Below are positions 17,775-28,727 of a stretch of 64,000 bases of DNA, in pieces. Every line of letters begins with the position of its first letter. The stretch's first letter is position 1. This DNA is from Patescibacteria group bacterium (GTDB lineage: Bacteria > Patescibacteriota > Minisyncoccia > Phycocordibacterales > UBA9973): positions 23,619 through 87,618 of the forward strand of contig JBBTUE010000001.1 of NCBI GenBank assembly GCA_038063915.1, read 5' to 3'. The notes under the pieces are model-generated. The model had not been told where the DNA came from, ran no database searches, and worked only from the letters and a program-made list of their open reading frames with translations. The position numbers were made by a program, and so were the translations under genes.

Positions 17775-19709
17775 ATGAATTATCTAGAGTCCTTAAATGA
17801 TAAACAAAAAGAGGCAGTACTCTATACGGAGGGGCCTCTTTTGATTGTAGCAGGGGCAGGGGCAGGTAAGACAAAGACTATTACTCATCGCATAATTCAC
17901 CTAATTCACGAGGGAGTTAACCCAAGTTCGATTCTTGCCCTAACTTTTACCAACAAAGCTGCAAAGGAAATGCGCGATCGAGTATATTCATTGCTCGAAG
18001 ATAGAGAACATGGCACAAGTGAAGGTGGGCCTTTTCTTTCAACTTTCCACTCTCTCGGAGTCCATATTATAAAAGAAAATGCCCATCTTATAGGTCTAAC
18101 AAAGCACTTCGCTATTGCTGATGAACATGATGCCCTAGTTATCATTAAAGATGCCATGAAGGCTCGCGATATTGATCCAAAGCAGTACGAACCTAGAAAG
18201 ATAAAAAGTATTATATCGAAAGCCAAAGGTGACTTTATCTCTTGTGATACATATACTGAGAACGCTAGTAGCGCTATGGGAAGTATTGTAGCCAGCATTT
18301 GGCGTGAATATGAGCGAAGATTAAAAGAAGAAAAAGCTTTAGACTTTGACGACTTACTACTTGAGACAGTTTTAATATTAAAAAAATATCCAGAAATAAA
18401 ACAAACTTATCGAGAGAGATGGAAATATATTCACATAGATGAGTATCAAGATACGAATGAAGTCCAATATGAACTGACAAAGTTATTAGTTGGAAAGGAC
18501 GAGAATATTTGCGTCGTGGGCGACACTGATCAAAATATTTATAGCTGGCGCGGAGCAAATATTAAAAACATGCTTCACTTTGAGAAAGATTACCCGAATG
18601 CAAAAGTTATAATACTCGAGCAGAACTATCGCTCGACCAAGAATATTATCGAGGCAGCAAATAGTGTCATAAAGAAGAACCAATATCGAGTAGACAAAAC
18701 ACTATTCACAGAAAATAACGTTGGAGATACTATTAGTATATACGAAGCTTATGATGAGGCAGTGGAGGCAGAATTTGTAGCGGAATCAATTCAAGAGTTA
18801 TTGAAAAGTAACTCACCAGAAGATATAGCAATACTATATAGAGCAAACTTTCAATCAAGAGTCCTAGAGGAAGCATTGCTTAGCCGGCTCATACCATATC
18901 AAGTTTTGGGTATTAAATTCTTTGAGAGAAGAGAAGTGAAAGATTTACTCTCTTATATTCGCGCATCTTACAACAGAGAAAGCCTCTCGGATATTAAACG
19001 CATTATAAACACACCAACCCGTGGTATAGGTAAAGTAACATTGGCGAAATTGTTTGCTGGTGATACTACAAACTTGCCAGTTGCGATGCAAGAGAAAATA
19101 AATAAATTCTATTTACTTCTCGATAAAATCCGCGAATACACAGACGCCCATACTCCATCCGAATCTATAAAGTATGTAATAAAAGAAACTGGGCTTGAAG
19201 ATGAACTAGCGCATGGACCAAGTGACGAGCAAGAACGCTTGGAAAATATGAAGGAATTGGTGACCCTAGCCACCAAGTATGATTCTATGCACCAAGGTGA
19301 GGGAATAGAGAAATTGCTTGAAGATGCTTCTTTAGCAAGTGATCAAGATACACTTATGCACAAAGAAAGCCTGCCTGCCGGTAGGCAGGGTGTGAGGCTC
19401 ATGACAGTACATGCATCAAAAGGGCTTGAATTCAAATATGTTTTCGTCACTGGAATGGAGCAAGATCTTTTCCCTCATGCACGAAGCGACGGAAAATCAA
19501 AAGAAGATTCTGAAGAAGAGAGGAGGCTTTTCTATGTAGCTCTGACGCGTGCAAGACACAAATTATTCCTTTCTTACGCGTCGCTTCGTACTATTTTTGG
19601 AAGTAAGCAAGTAAATACTCCGAGTGAATTTATTTATGATATCCCAGAGCATCTGACAGACTTCGACCAAGGTGGACCAAAAAGTGGCGAGAGAGTGGTG
19701 TACTTATAA
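17775..19709 (+). CDS. pcrA: UvrD/PcrA superfamily-1 helicase
   Basis: AGAGAGKT, DEYQDTN, GDTDQNIYSWRG, TVHASKGLEF, EERRLFYVALTRA. Confidence 0.95.
   Translation: MNYLESLNDKQKEAVLYTEGPLLIVAGAGAGKTKTITHRIIHLIHEGVNPSSILALTFTNKAAKEMRDRVYSLLEDREHGTSEGGPFLSTFHSLGVHIIKENAHLIGLTKHFAIADEHDALVIIKDAMKARDIDPKQYEPRKIKSIISKAKGDFISCDTYTENASSAMGSIVASIWREYERRLKEEKALDFDDLLLETVLILKKYPEIKQTYRERWKYIHIDEYQDTNEVQYELTKLLVGKDENICVVGDTDQNIYSWRGANIKNMLHFEKDYPNAKVIILEQNYRSTKNIIEAANSVIKKNQYRVDKTLFTENNVGDTISIYEAYDEAVEAEFVAESIQELLKSNSPEDIAILYRANFQSRVLEEALLSRLIPYQVLGIKFFERREVKDLLSYIRASYNRESLSDIKRIINTPTRGIGKVTLAKLFAGDTTNLPVAMQEKINKFYLLLDKIREYTDAHTPSESIKYVIKETGLEDELAHGPSDEQERLENMKELVTLATKYDSMHQGEGIEKLLEDASLASDQDTLMHKESLPAGRQGVRLMTVHASKGLEFKYVFVTGMEQDLFPHARSDGKSKEDSEEERRLFYVALTRARHKLFLSYASLRTIFGSKQVNTPSEFIYDIPEHLTDFDQGGPKSGERVVYL
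19370..19389. repeat. GC-rich palindrome CCTGCCTGCCGGTAGGCAGG inside pcrA (encodes LPAGRQ)
   Basis: Near-perfect 20-bp inverted repeat, very GC-rich relative to its context. Confidence 0.7.
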
Positions 19710-19713
19710 TATT

Positions 19714-20511
19714 ATGATTCATAAAGCGAAAAAATCTTTAGGCCAAAATTTTCTCAAATCAGAACCGGCTTTGCGCGCTATGTGCGAGGCGGGGAATTTA
19801 AATGCAAACGATGTAGTTCTTGAAATTGGTCCTGGTAAAGGAGCATTGACTGCAAAACTTTTAGAAAAGGCGTCGAAAGTTATCGCCATCGAGAAAGACC
19901 GTGCGCTCGTCACATTTTTAAAAGAGAAATTTAAAAACGAAATAGAAAATAAAAAACTTGAACTAATAGAGGGGGATTGTCTGGAATTTGAACCAGCGTC
20001 CTACAAACTTGGATCTGGAGAATACAAAATAATTGCAAACATTCCATATAATATTACTGGTGCGATATTTAAAAAGTTCTTATCTGGAAATGAGAAGCCG
20101 GGGGTTATGGTGCTATTAGTGCAAAAAGAAGTGGCTATGCGAATAGTTGCTCGAGATAAAAAGGAGAGTATTTTATCTCTTAGTGTGAAACTATACGGCA
20201 CACCAAAATATATCATGAAGGTTGGAAAAAGATTTTTTTCTCCGAGTCCGAAAGTTGACTCCGCAATTATCGCTATCACTGATATTGATAGTACTCATGC
20301 TAATTCTCTAGATAGAAAGTTCTTTGAAGTCATAAAAGCAGGGTTTGCCCACAAGCGCAAAGTTTTGAGGAAGAATCTTGAAATACTAGCACCTATAGAT
20401 GCAATAGATGAAGTGTTCGAAAAGTTAAATATAGGCAAAAGCGCTCGTGCAGAGGACCTTCCACTTGCAATATGGCTTACCGTAACTGTATATTTATCTA
20501 AATATCTCTAG
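19714..20511 (+). CDS. rsmA: 16S rRNA m6,2A dimethyltransferase
   Basis: KKSLGQNFL, LEIGPGKG, ANIPYNIT, PKVDSA; start ATG 19714. Confidence 0.96.
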   Translation: MIHKAKKSLGQNFLKSEPALRAMCEAGNLNANDVVLEIGPGKGALTAKLLEKASKVIAIEKDRALVTFLKEKFKNEIENKKLELIEGDCLEFEPASYKLGSGEYKIIANIPYNITGAIFKKFLSGNEKPGVMVLLVQKEVAMRIVARDKKESILSLSVKLYGTPKYIMKVGKRFFSPSPKVDSAIIAITDIDSTHANSLDRKFFEVIKAGFAHKRKVLRKNLEILAPIDAIDEVFEKLNIGKSARAEDLPLAIWLTVTVYLSKYL

Positions 20512-20547
20512 GATATTCTAGATTTTGATTGTATAATATTCGTATAA

Positions 20548-21420
20548 ATGGATAAGGAATACCTACCGAGTAAGAAGTTTATAGTGAGCGTAGCAACTAT
20601 TGTGATAGGTGTCTCGTTAATTTTTGGTATCTATAAGTTGGTAATATTTATAAAGAATAAGGTAGGTAAAGGAAAGTCGCCGACTGCGCTCATTGTAAAA
20701 GATTTGGTAGAGAAAGATGCCAACGAAAACGGTATCCCAGACTGGGAGGAATCATTATGGGGACTTGATCCCACAAAAAGTGGCTCCGAAAATAAGGAGT
20801 TTATCCTGGCAAAGCGGGCTACTATCGCAAAGGCTCATCCAGAATTAGTAGATAATACCAAGCCAGTATCAGAAAACGAAGCACTATCAAGAGATTTCTT
20901 CTCTATTATTATGTCACTACAGCAAGGTAATGCTCTAGACCAGACTTCAATTCAAGCAGTTTCAGAAGCAATAGGGAAGGACATAGAAGCCGAACCAATT
21001 GCCGATATATACACTAGGAAGACGGTAAAGGTTGTAGAATCTAACCCAAATACTATTAGTGACTATTACGGAGCATTTATCAATCTTGTAATAGAGTATA
21101 GTGATAAAAATATTGGCGACGAGCTGACCTTTATAAATCAAGGACTACAAAACAATGACCCAAAGGCCATAAAAGAAATAAACTCAATATCAAAGGCATA
21201 CAAAGCTTTCGGGGCTGAATTTATAAAGGTCCCAGTACCCAATACCTTGGTAAATACTCATATAAGTCTAGCAAATAACTATGAAAAGGTAGGGCAGATT
21301 GTTGCCAATATGACGGATTTACTCGGCAACCCATTAAATGGCATAAAATCATTTATAAATTATAAAAAATACAGCGATGCTCTGACAGATGATGTAGATA
21401 AACTTACTGCCGACCAATAA
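20548..21420 (+). CDS. Membrane-anchored hypothetical protein with DxDxDGxPD-like Ca-binding motif
   Basis: N-terminal TM; DANENGIPDWEESLWGLDP. Confidence 0.75.
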   Translation: MDKEYLPSKKFIVSVATIVIGVSLIFGIYKLVIFIKNKVGKGKSPTALIVKDLVEKDANENGIPDWEESLWGLDPTKSGSENKEFILAKRATIAKAHPELVDNTKPVSENEALSRDFFSIIMSLQQGNALDQTSIQAVSEAIGKDIEAEPIADIYTRKTVKVVESNPNTISDYYGAFINLVIEYSDKNIGDELTFINQGLQNNDPKAIKEINSISKAYKAFGAEFIKVPVPNTLVNTHISLANNYEKVGQIVANMTDLLGNPLNGIKSFINYKKYSDALTDDVDKLTADQ

Positions 21421-21449
21421 TATGTTATACTATAAGGGATAAATCTATT

Positions 21450-24182
21450 ATGAATAAAGGAATTACAAGAAAAATCGTTTCAACTTTAATCATCGCTTTA
21501 TTCCTAGTGGAAGCTGTTTTACCATTACAGACATATGCCGCTATCTCGACAAACGGTTTTACGACTCCTACGGGCCAAGCATCTACCCCTCTAAACTACG
21601 ACAATCCAAATAAGGGTGACAACCCATTTAAACCAAAAGTTAAAGATTTCTTGAACCCTCAGCTACTATCCCAAGTTGTTGGGTGTACTGGTATTGTAAA
21701 CAAGGTTTCGGACAAAGTACTTGCAGCTGTGGAGAAGGTTGCCGGTAAATTAATAGGCAAGGCGAAAAAGGCCGTAGAAGACTTTGTAAAAAAACAACTA
21801 GCAAAAAAGGTGAAAGATAACGTAGTTATTGTAGTAGTAGATGTCGTCAAAACAGCTTTAGCTGCAACAGTCACTTCACCTGGATCAGGATTTGGAAATG
21901 CAGCTGGTGATGCATTAGAGGACGTTGGAAGAGAGACTATAACGGCAAGAGATGCAAATGACGCAGGTGTGCAGAAAAGACAGGACAAAGCAGCGGAGGA
22001 TAAACTTGCAAAAGATAAAGACGACGAAAGAAAGAGAGTGCAAAAAGAATACAGAGAAAACTGCTTAAACGGTATCGCAATTCAACTTGCGAAAAATCAA
22101 CTCTCAGCAATGACCAAGCACACCATGAGTTGGATAAATACTGGATTTAGTGGAGATCCATTCTATGTCAAAAATGTAAGTAAATATATGGACGATATAG
22201 AAAGGGGAATCTTAGCAGAAGAAACAAGACTATTTAAAGGTGCAGGTAGTAGTATTAATTATCCATATGGTCAGGACTTTGCTCGAGGTGCAATATCGAC
22301 AGAGCAAGCATCTAAAAACTTTGCCGAATCAACAAAACAAAATCTTACCAGTTACCTCGCACCAGGAAAAACCGTTGATGATTTTGCGAATGATTTTTCC
22401 GCAGGTGGAAAACGTCCGTGGGATGCATGGTATTCGCTAACTCAAGATGATAATAATAACCCGTTCGGCTTTGCGGCAAATAATGCTAATAATATTATCG
22501 ACAAACAAGCAGACGCAAAGGAGCAGGCGAAGGCGGAGTTAGTAGAAGGGGAAGGGTATAGACCGCAAAAGGTCTGCAAGGAGTGGGCAAAACCAGACAA
22601 TAATTATGACGCTTCTATGTATTCAACCCCAGAAGAATGGTTTGCTTCGGAAGAATATGCCTCTTTATCTAAAACTAAATGCCTAGTGTATGAGACGGTT
22701 ACCCCTGGTAGTACTATAAAAGCTAAAGTTGATACATACATAAATACACCAGAGAATCAGCTCACATTAGTGCGGACAATGAACGATGCCCTAAACGCTT
22801 TTTTCACTATGATACTTGGCAAATTTACAAGTAAAGGAGGACTTGCTGGACTAAATCCAGCATTAAATATCCCTTCTGGGACTTCTGTTGGTGAAGAGAT
22901 AACGAGAAACATAAGATTCGATGAGGATGGATATGTAATGGTAGAAGATACTCCATACGGAGAAGGAATAATAGCTTCAAATACTACAACTGGAGTAAAT
23001 GTTGGTAATGGCTTCACTACACCTACAGCAACTAGTGGAGGTGGAGTAACGAATAGTTCCCATGCGTATATACAAGATGATGGTTTTGATATCACAAAAG
23101 ACCTTGGTAATATTTACGACCAAGACGGAGTGCTAATCAAAAAAGGTGTTATTCAAAATCAATACGACTACATAGATGCAATGGGTATCTATAGATCAGT
23201 CATTGCCGACGTACTGCCTGCTCTTGGCGAGCTTGATTATTGTATCCCGGGCCCGAATCCAAATTGGAGAGAGAACTCCAAAGAAGCGATAGACGCGTAT
23301 CTGGAGACCCTAACAGGTATAGGAGACGTGGGAGATGTGGGAGGACAACAATTTGAATATGCTCCAGAGGGTGCTTACGAATATCCTAAGCCGGTACCAG
23401 AAGTTCCTGCTAAAAAGAAACTATCATTCATTAAGAGATTGGCCATTATTATTAGTCCTACGGCGAGAATGAACGAAACGAGAAAGAAGTTTAAAGAGAT
23501 AAAGGAAAGAAGACAAAACGAAAAAGAGAGGGCTGTCATAGAGGCAGAGAATGAGAGAATTAGACTAAAGAACGAAAAAATAAGAGACGATATGTTAAAG
23601 GGTAAAAGACCACTCGACCCAATATTTATAGCCAACACTATTGGAAAAGATCGAGATTCTATTTTGAGAATGATTTCTCCAGAGAATACTGGGCTCGACC
23701 CCGTAAAACTTTTGGCAACCTTAGATGACTTTGAGGCATCAATAGATGCAACTTACGGCCTATCTGGTCCTATGCAAAACTACTGGAGCGGGAACAGTAA
23801 ATACTTGCAGATGTCACAAGAGGGCTTGAATCTGACAAAGAATATACCTGACTATATAGAAGAGATTGAGGCGGCCAAATCCGACTCGAGAGATTTGTTA
23901 GCCGAAGCAACTCCAAATCTCGACAAGCTAAAAGCAATTCAAATCAAAGTAAATGAGATAATAGCTGCCGCCCAGAAAAGAAGAAATGAGAAGGTGAGAA
24001 AGCAAGGTGGCCCCACTCTTAGCTCAGCATGTCTATTAAAAGAAAAGGTAACTTACACGGATTACAACGGCAAGATTATGTCTTCAGTTAGCGACAGGCC
24101 ACTGCCAATTATTAAAAGTAGGGAAGAAGTAATCAAAGACTACGCCCCTGTAGATAATTCATTAATAAAAGTATCCCAATAA
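21450..24182 (+). CDS. Large secreted hypothetical protein of the secretion cluster
   Basis: Signal peptide (…PLQTYA|A), coiled coils, several Cys. Confidence 0.75.
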   Translation: MNKGITRKIVSTLIIALFLVEAVLPLQTYAAISTNGFTTPTGQASTPLNYDNPNKGDNPFKPKVKDFLNPQLLSQVVGCTGIVNKVSDKVLAAVEKVAGKLIGKAKKAVEDFVKKQLAKKVKDNVVIVVVDVVKTALAATVTSPGSGFGNAAGDALEDVGRETITARDANDAGVQKRQDKAAEDKLAKDKDDERKRVQKEYRENCLNGIAIQLAKNQLSAMTKHTMSWINTGFSGDPFYVKNVSKYMDDIERGILAEETRLFKGAGSSINYPYGQDFARGAISTEQASKNFAESTKQNLTSYLAPGKTVDDFANDFSAGGKRPWDAWYSLTQDDNNNPFGFAANNANNIIDKQADAKEQAKAELVEGEGYRPQKVCKEWAKPDNNYDASMYSTPEEWFASEEYASLSKTKCLVYETVTPGSTIKAKVDTYINTPENQLTLVRTMNDALNAFFTMILGKFTSKGGLAGLNPALNIPSGTSVGEEITRNIRFDEDGYVMVEDTPYGEGIIASNTTTGVNVGNGFTTPTATSGGGVTNSSHAYIQDDGFDITKDLGNIYDQDGVLIKKGVIQNQYDYIDAMGIYRSVIADVLPALGELDYCIPGPNPNWRENSKEAIDAYLETLTGIGDVGDVGGQQFEYAPEGAYEYPKPVPEVPAKKKLSFIKRLAIIISPTARMNETRKKFKEIKERRQNEKERAVIEAENERIRLKNEKIRDDMLKGKRPLDPIFIANTIGKDRDSILRMISPENTGLDPVKLLATLDDFEASIDATYGLSGPMQNYWSGNSKYLQMSQEGLNLTKNIPDYIEEIEAAKSDSRDLLAEATPNLDKLKAIQIKVNEIIAAAQKRRNEKVRKQGGPTLSSACLLKEKVTYTDYNGKIMSSVSDRPLPIIKSREEVIKDYAPVDNSLIKVSQ

Positions 24183-24192
24183 TAAGAAATTT

Positions 24193-24963
24193 ATGGAAAA
24201 TAATCCTAAAAAAAGTAAAGCTCTAATCATAACGATAATCGCGATCGTTGTGCTTGTAGCTGCTCTATACTTCTTGTTTAAAAATAGTGACAAAATTTTT
24301 GGCACAAAAGATACAGCCATTAGTAGACTATTTGCACCATTGCTTGGCTCGTCAAAAAAGAAAGCGGTGGATACTGTTAACAATACAAATACAGAACAGG
24401 GTGGGGGTACTACCGAAGACACCAGTGGAACTGTCAATAACGGGACAAATGAAGTAGTGGATGTAAATACAGGCAACAACCCGATAACAGGCGGTGTAAA
24501 CCCTATAACCCCACCACTAACACCTCTTCCGACTCCTGGAAATGATACTGCCAGTGGTGGATATACTCCTGCGCCAATTACTAACAACGATATATCACCG
24601 CTGCCTCCAATTAGAGCTCCTATCGATGAGCCGAAAATCTGCCCTGTTGAAGAAGAATTGGAATACACTAACGCAGAAAAAGACCAGCTTGCAGAACTGC
24701 TTCGTCAATATTATCTAATAGCTCCAGAGCTCAAAACTGCAGGTGAAGTCGCGATGATTAACGACGATGTAAGAAGAAATCAGGATCTAATAGATCATGC
24801 TGATACTTTAACTCTGCAATGTACTGCACAAAAGGTGAATCCAAAATACGCAGGCCCTAGTGCGACAAAGAATAATCCATATTATGGAAACTTAAATATC
24901 AAACCTGAGTTCTATGCTCCTAAACAATTCAATAGTTTAGAAGACGAGCTCAACATTTGGTAA
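24193..24963 (+). CDS. Membrane-anchored protein with Thr/Asn/Pro-rich linker
   Basis: N-terminal TM, low-complexity linker, C-terminal Cys pair. Confidence 0.7.
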   Translation: MENNPKKSKALIITIIAIVVLVAALYFLFKNSDKIFGTKDTAISRLFAPLLGSSKKKAVDTVNNTNTEQGGGTTEDTSGTVNNGTNEVVDVNTGNNPITGGVNPITPPLTPLPTPGNDTASGGYTPAPITNNDISPLPPIRAPIDEPKICPVEEELEYTNAEKDQLAELLRQYYLIAPELKTAGEVAMINDDVRRNQDLIDHADTLTLQCTAQKVNPKYAGPSATKNNPYYGNLNIKPEFYAPKQFNSLEDELNIW

Positions 24964-24967
24964 CTAC

Positions 24968-27619
24968 ATGATAAGAAAACTCATCCCTTCCATCTTAATA
25001 GTTCTCATAGCCGTGAACCTATTCGCGCCTTTTACGCTTGGGATTGATAAAAAGAATAATATAGAAATAAAAAAATCAGTCGCGGAAGCTGACTTGTCTA
25101 TAACATTAGTAAAAATGAAGAGAACTAAAACATCAATCTCTTTTGGTTTTGATATTACACAACTAAGTAAGACAGATAACTTTGGCATAATAGCAGTGGT
25201 CACAAATAAAAAGGGAACTACTATGTCGAAAGAGTCTTTGGAGTTCATAAACTTCCAAGTTGGGTTAGGTGCTGGTAAAGACTGTGGAGCAATTAATGAT
25301 ACCCTTTTCACAATACCAAAAGATTCTAGAGTTGCTGGTGGTAGAGACGGTTGTGGTAGTAACTGGTTAAAAGATAATAGAAATGAGGGCTTGGCTACCG
25401 TAACTGTACCAAATTTAGTCAAAAATACACCTTATTATATAAGTTTTTTCGGCTATGCTGGAGATAAAGATATTGAAAAAAGTCTTGCCTTTCCAATATA
25501 CGACAGAGAAATTCGCACAACTTCTGATAACGAAGAAGATGATACTATAATGGAGGAACTTGGGACAACAAACTCAGACTCAGGGTACTTACCTTGGTGT
25601 ACTAGAGCTGTTTTTAAAGTTAATATTGGGGGTTGTTTTGCCCAAATTCTATACACAATTACTTTCAAGCCAACTTCATTTATTTTTGGGTTAGCTGGGC
25701 AGTTCTTTGACTTTACCTTCTTTTACTCCATAAGTGATAGCTCGTACCGATCAGGATTCGTAGTAGAGGGGTGGGGAGTAGTGCGTGACTTTGTAAATAT
25801 GTTCTTCATATTTGTCCTCCTCTATATTGCATTCTCGACAATATTATCTCTTCATGGATTTAAAACAAAAGAGATGATCATAAACGTTGTCATTATTGGA
25901 CTTCTTATAAATTTCAGTCTTTTCGCCACGCAAGTAATTATAGATACATCGAATATTCTGGCGCGCGTTTTCTATAACTCTGTAACGTCAGGCAGCGTAG
26001 ATGAAAGTACAAAGGAGTTTAAAGAAGAGAGGGGTGCACAAGGGGAGATTCAGCTTTCGGCACAAATTGTTAATATGGTTGATCCTCAGAAGCTTATAAT
26101 AAAAGCTTCAAGGGTCGGATCTACAGATAGAGGAACTACGGATAATTCGAATCAGTTTTCACGAGGTATAAGTGTTGGAACATTTATATTAGTGACTTTA
26201 CTTGCATCCGCGGTGAATGTAGTGGGTATAATTGTTTTTCTTTCTGTTGGCCTTATATTCTTAGCCCGAGTTATAGGCCTTTGGTTTGCGATGATATTCG
26301 TGCCATTCGCATTCTTCTCATATACCGTACCTGCCATGCAAGACATAGAAATGATTGGTTGGAAGAAGTGGTGGCCGGAAACTTTAAAATTGGCATTCCT
26401 AGCACCAATCTTTATGTTCTTTATGTATCTAATCATTAAATTCTTGGGTGGAAAAGAATTCTTGAAGCTCAACGGAGACAGCGGGGCAGCATTTATAATA
26501 GCAATCATTGTGCCTTTCATTTTTATAATGATTCTCCTACTCCGAGCAAAAGGTATTGCAAAAGATTTGTCTGGGAAAATTGGAGCAGCAATTACAAAAG
26601 GTGCCGTTGTAGCGGGAGGCCTTGCAGTTGCTGGTGGTGGATTGGCAGCTGCGGGTGGAGCAGCCCTTGGTAGGGGTCTGATAACGAACCCAATGAAAAT
26701 GATGCAATCGAGCCAGGCTACTAGAACTGCTGCACTAAAGAATTTCAGTATGGTTAAACCAGCTACTTGGGGCAAGGCTATGAGCGCACGTATGGCGAAT
26801 TTTAGTGTTAAGGGTGGCGGTAAGGGAGTTGGCACAGGAGTATATGATGTAGCTACCAGAAGAGAAATCAAAAGGGAGGGATCTAATAAACTAAGAGATA
26901 GACTACTTGGTATTAAAGATAGAAAAGCTGACAAGGGTCATGCATCACAATTACTCGACGAACAAGCGGATAAAATACAGAAGGGTGCAAAATACTCAGA
27001 TCTTTCTGCTCCAGAACAAGCTAAAGCTAAGACAACTATTAACAACAACGAGGTATCAAAAGCTTTGTTTGGTAAGGAATCTGATAAATTAGATAACTCA
27101 CAGATTTCTATGCTTTCAGGTATTGTAAATACAAACGGAGCAATCAATACTGCAGCACTGTCTACAGCAGCAACTACCTTGGGTAAAGATATATCGAAAT
27201 TCTACGATCCTACTAATGCTGACCCAACAAAAAGAGCAGTAAAGGATGCCAATCATCATGAGAAGATATACAACAAACCAGATAAAGATCACGTGGGTAA
27301 CGCGCTTGCATTCGCAGCGGGTGGAACGTACGACATAAGAAATATGAAGAGTGGTGGCCTTACTGCACTTGGCATTGCCTCAGCATTCCTAGGAATCGCT
27401 CCTGTATTTGCGCTCGCTATGTCAGCTCATACATCTGGCGCCCTAAGGACAGGTTTGAAAAAGTTCACAGGAGTAGATCATGGATTCTCGCAAAAGGACT
27501 TCTTGAAAGACTTGAGTCACACTTTAGACACAGCATTAAGTAGTATTAAAATTAGTGTAAAAACCGACGGCAAGGGTCACAGTGATGCAAAAGCAAAAGT
27601 AGGTGGGGGAGGACATTAA
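24968..27619 (+). CDS. VirB6/TrbL-like polytopic membrane protein
   Basis: GWGVVRDFVNMFFIFVLLYIAF...LLINFSLF, multiple TMs, Gly/Ala-rich segment, cytoplasmic tail; lies upstream of PrgI/VirB4. Confidence 0.65.
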   Translation: MIRKLIPSILIVLIAVNLFAPFTLGIDKKNNIEIKKSVAEADLSITLVKMKRTKTSISFGFDITQLSKTDNFGIIAVVTNKKGTTMSKESLEFINFQVGLGAGKDCGAINDTLFTIPKDSRVAGGRDGCGSNWLKDNRNEGLATVTVPNLVKNTPYYISFFGYAGDKDIEKSLAFPIYDREIRTTSDNEEDDTIMEELGTTNSDSGYLPWCTRAVFKVNIGGCFAQILYTITFKPTSFIFGLAGQFFDFTFFYSISDSSYRSGFVVEGWGVVRDFVNMFFIFVLLYIAFSTILSLHGFKTKEMIINVVIIGLLINFSLFATQVIIDTSNILARVFYNSVTSGSVDESTKEFKEERGAQGEIQLSAQIVNMVDPQKLIIKASRVGSTDRGTTDNSNQFSRGISVGTFILVTLLASAVNVVGIIVFLSVGLIFLARVIGLWFAMIFVPFAFFSYTVPAMQDIEMIGWKKWWPETLKLAFLAPIFMFFMYLIIKFLGGKEFLKLNGDSGAAFIIAIIVPFIFIMILLLRAKGIAKDLSGKIGAAITKGAVVAGGLAVAGGGLAAAGGAALGRGLITNPMKMMQSSQATRTAALKNFSMVKPATWGKAMSARMANFSVKGGGKGVGTGVYDVATRREIKREGSNKLRDRLLGIKDRKADKGHASQLLDEQADKIQKGAKYSDLSAPEQAKAKTTINNNEVSKALFGKESDKLDNSQISMLSGIVNTNGAINTAALSTAATTLGKDISKFYDPTNADPTKRAVKDANHHEKIYNKPDKDHVGNALAFAAGGTYDIRNMKSGGLTALGIASAFLGIAPVFALAMSAHTSGALRTGLKKFTGVDHGFSQKDFLKDLSHTLDTALSSIKISVKTDGKGHSDAKAKVGGGGH

Positions 27620-27637
27620 TGGTAAAAAATTAATCTC

Positions 27638-28705
27638 ATGGATCAAACACAATTACAACAACAAATAGCTCTATATTACTCAAAACTTTCACCAGATTTA
27701 CAGGCGGTATTTTCTAGTATGAAGTGGATGGACAGTCTCAGGATTATCAACACTAAATACACTTTAAACGAAGCTCAAATACAGACGCTGGGAACAGAAA
27801 CTACTTTACTACTGATTGGTATCATAAACTTAGAAGAATTCGCGGAAACTCTATATAACGAGCTCGGGATAGAGAGTGATGTGGTAGAGAGAATAATAAC
27901 AGAGGTAAACGATTCTATATTAGAACCAATACTACCATCCCTTGATCAAGCATATCAAAATCATGTTGGATCTCTAGTAGCAGAGAAATACGAGGGATTG
28001 GAAAAATTAGACGAGCGTTTCCTTAAGCTGCCGAAAGAAGTCCAAAAAGCTATTAGCGAATCTCACTACCAGCAGACCCTATACACTATCGCAAGTAAAC
28101 AAAAACTTTCTATGGAGCAGATGGGAAGTCTTGAAGAAGCTACGAATAAGGTGTTGCTTGGTATCATTCACCCAGACAAGTACGAAACTGAGTTAAAAGA
28201 AAAACTAGGCCTGCCTGCAGATAAAACCACAGAGCTTGTAAATGACGTGAATGAAGGTGTGCTGAAAAATATCCGAGAAATATTAAAATCACACTGGAAC
28301 GACGGTAAAATCGGAGAAGTAAAACCAGAAGATGAAGTACCTATACCTCCATACGCACAAGTGAAAACTCCTGAAGCGCCAAGAGTTGAAATATCTGTCC
28401 CAAGTATAAATATAGCAGAAGTGCCAATCGAACTTCCTAAAGGAGAATCAGATATATATCAGAACGCAGGAATAGAGATGGTAAGTGAAGAAAAATCAGA
28501 CAAAGAAGACTTGGCCAAGAGTATTATTGGTAGTAAGCTGAGTCACTCTGTCGTTAGTAAACCTATCCTCAGCGATCATTCATTACCAAAAGTAAACTCT
28601 GCTCAGCCAGCCCAGCAACCTCCGGCTCCTGCTCCAGCACCAAGTAGCCCAGCTCCTGTTGCTCCTCCAGCACCAAAGCACGACCCTTACCACGAAGCCA
28701 TATAG
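27638..28705 (+). CDS. Hypothetical protein with tandem duplicated helical domain and Pro-rich tail ending DPYHEAI
   Basis: KLSPDLQ...ETTLLLIGII...EVNDSIL aligns with KLPKEVQ...ATNKVLLGII...DVNEGVL. Confidence 0.75.
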   Translation: MDQTQLQQQIALYYSKLSPDLQAVFSSMKWMDSLRIINTKYTLNEAQIQTLGTETTLLLIGIINLEEFAETLYNELGIESDVVERIITEVNDSILEPILPSLDQAYQNHVGSLVAEKYEGLEKLDERFLKLPKEVQKAISESHYQQTLYTIASKQKLSMEQMGSLEEATNKVLLGIIHPDKYETELKEKLGLPADKTTELVNDVNEGVLKNIREILKSHWNDGKIGEVKPEDEVPIPPYAQVKTPEAPRVEISVPSINIAEVPIELPKGESDIYQNAGIEMVSEEKSDKEDLAKSIIGSKLSHSVVSKPILSDHSLPKVNSAQPAQQPPAPAPAPSSPAPVAPPAPKHDPYHEAI

Positions 28706-28727
28706 CATTTTGTGATACAATATAAAT

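Noticed and set aside
28208-28220. GGCCTGCCTGCA as a second copy of the pcrA palindrome
   Set aside because: Only a half-site, and it aligns normally with the duplicated protein domain.
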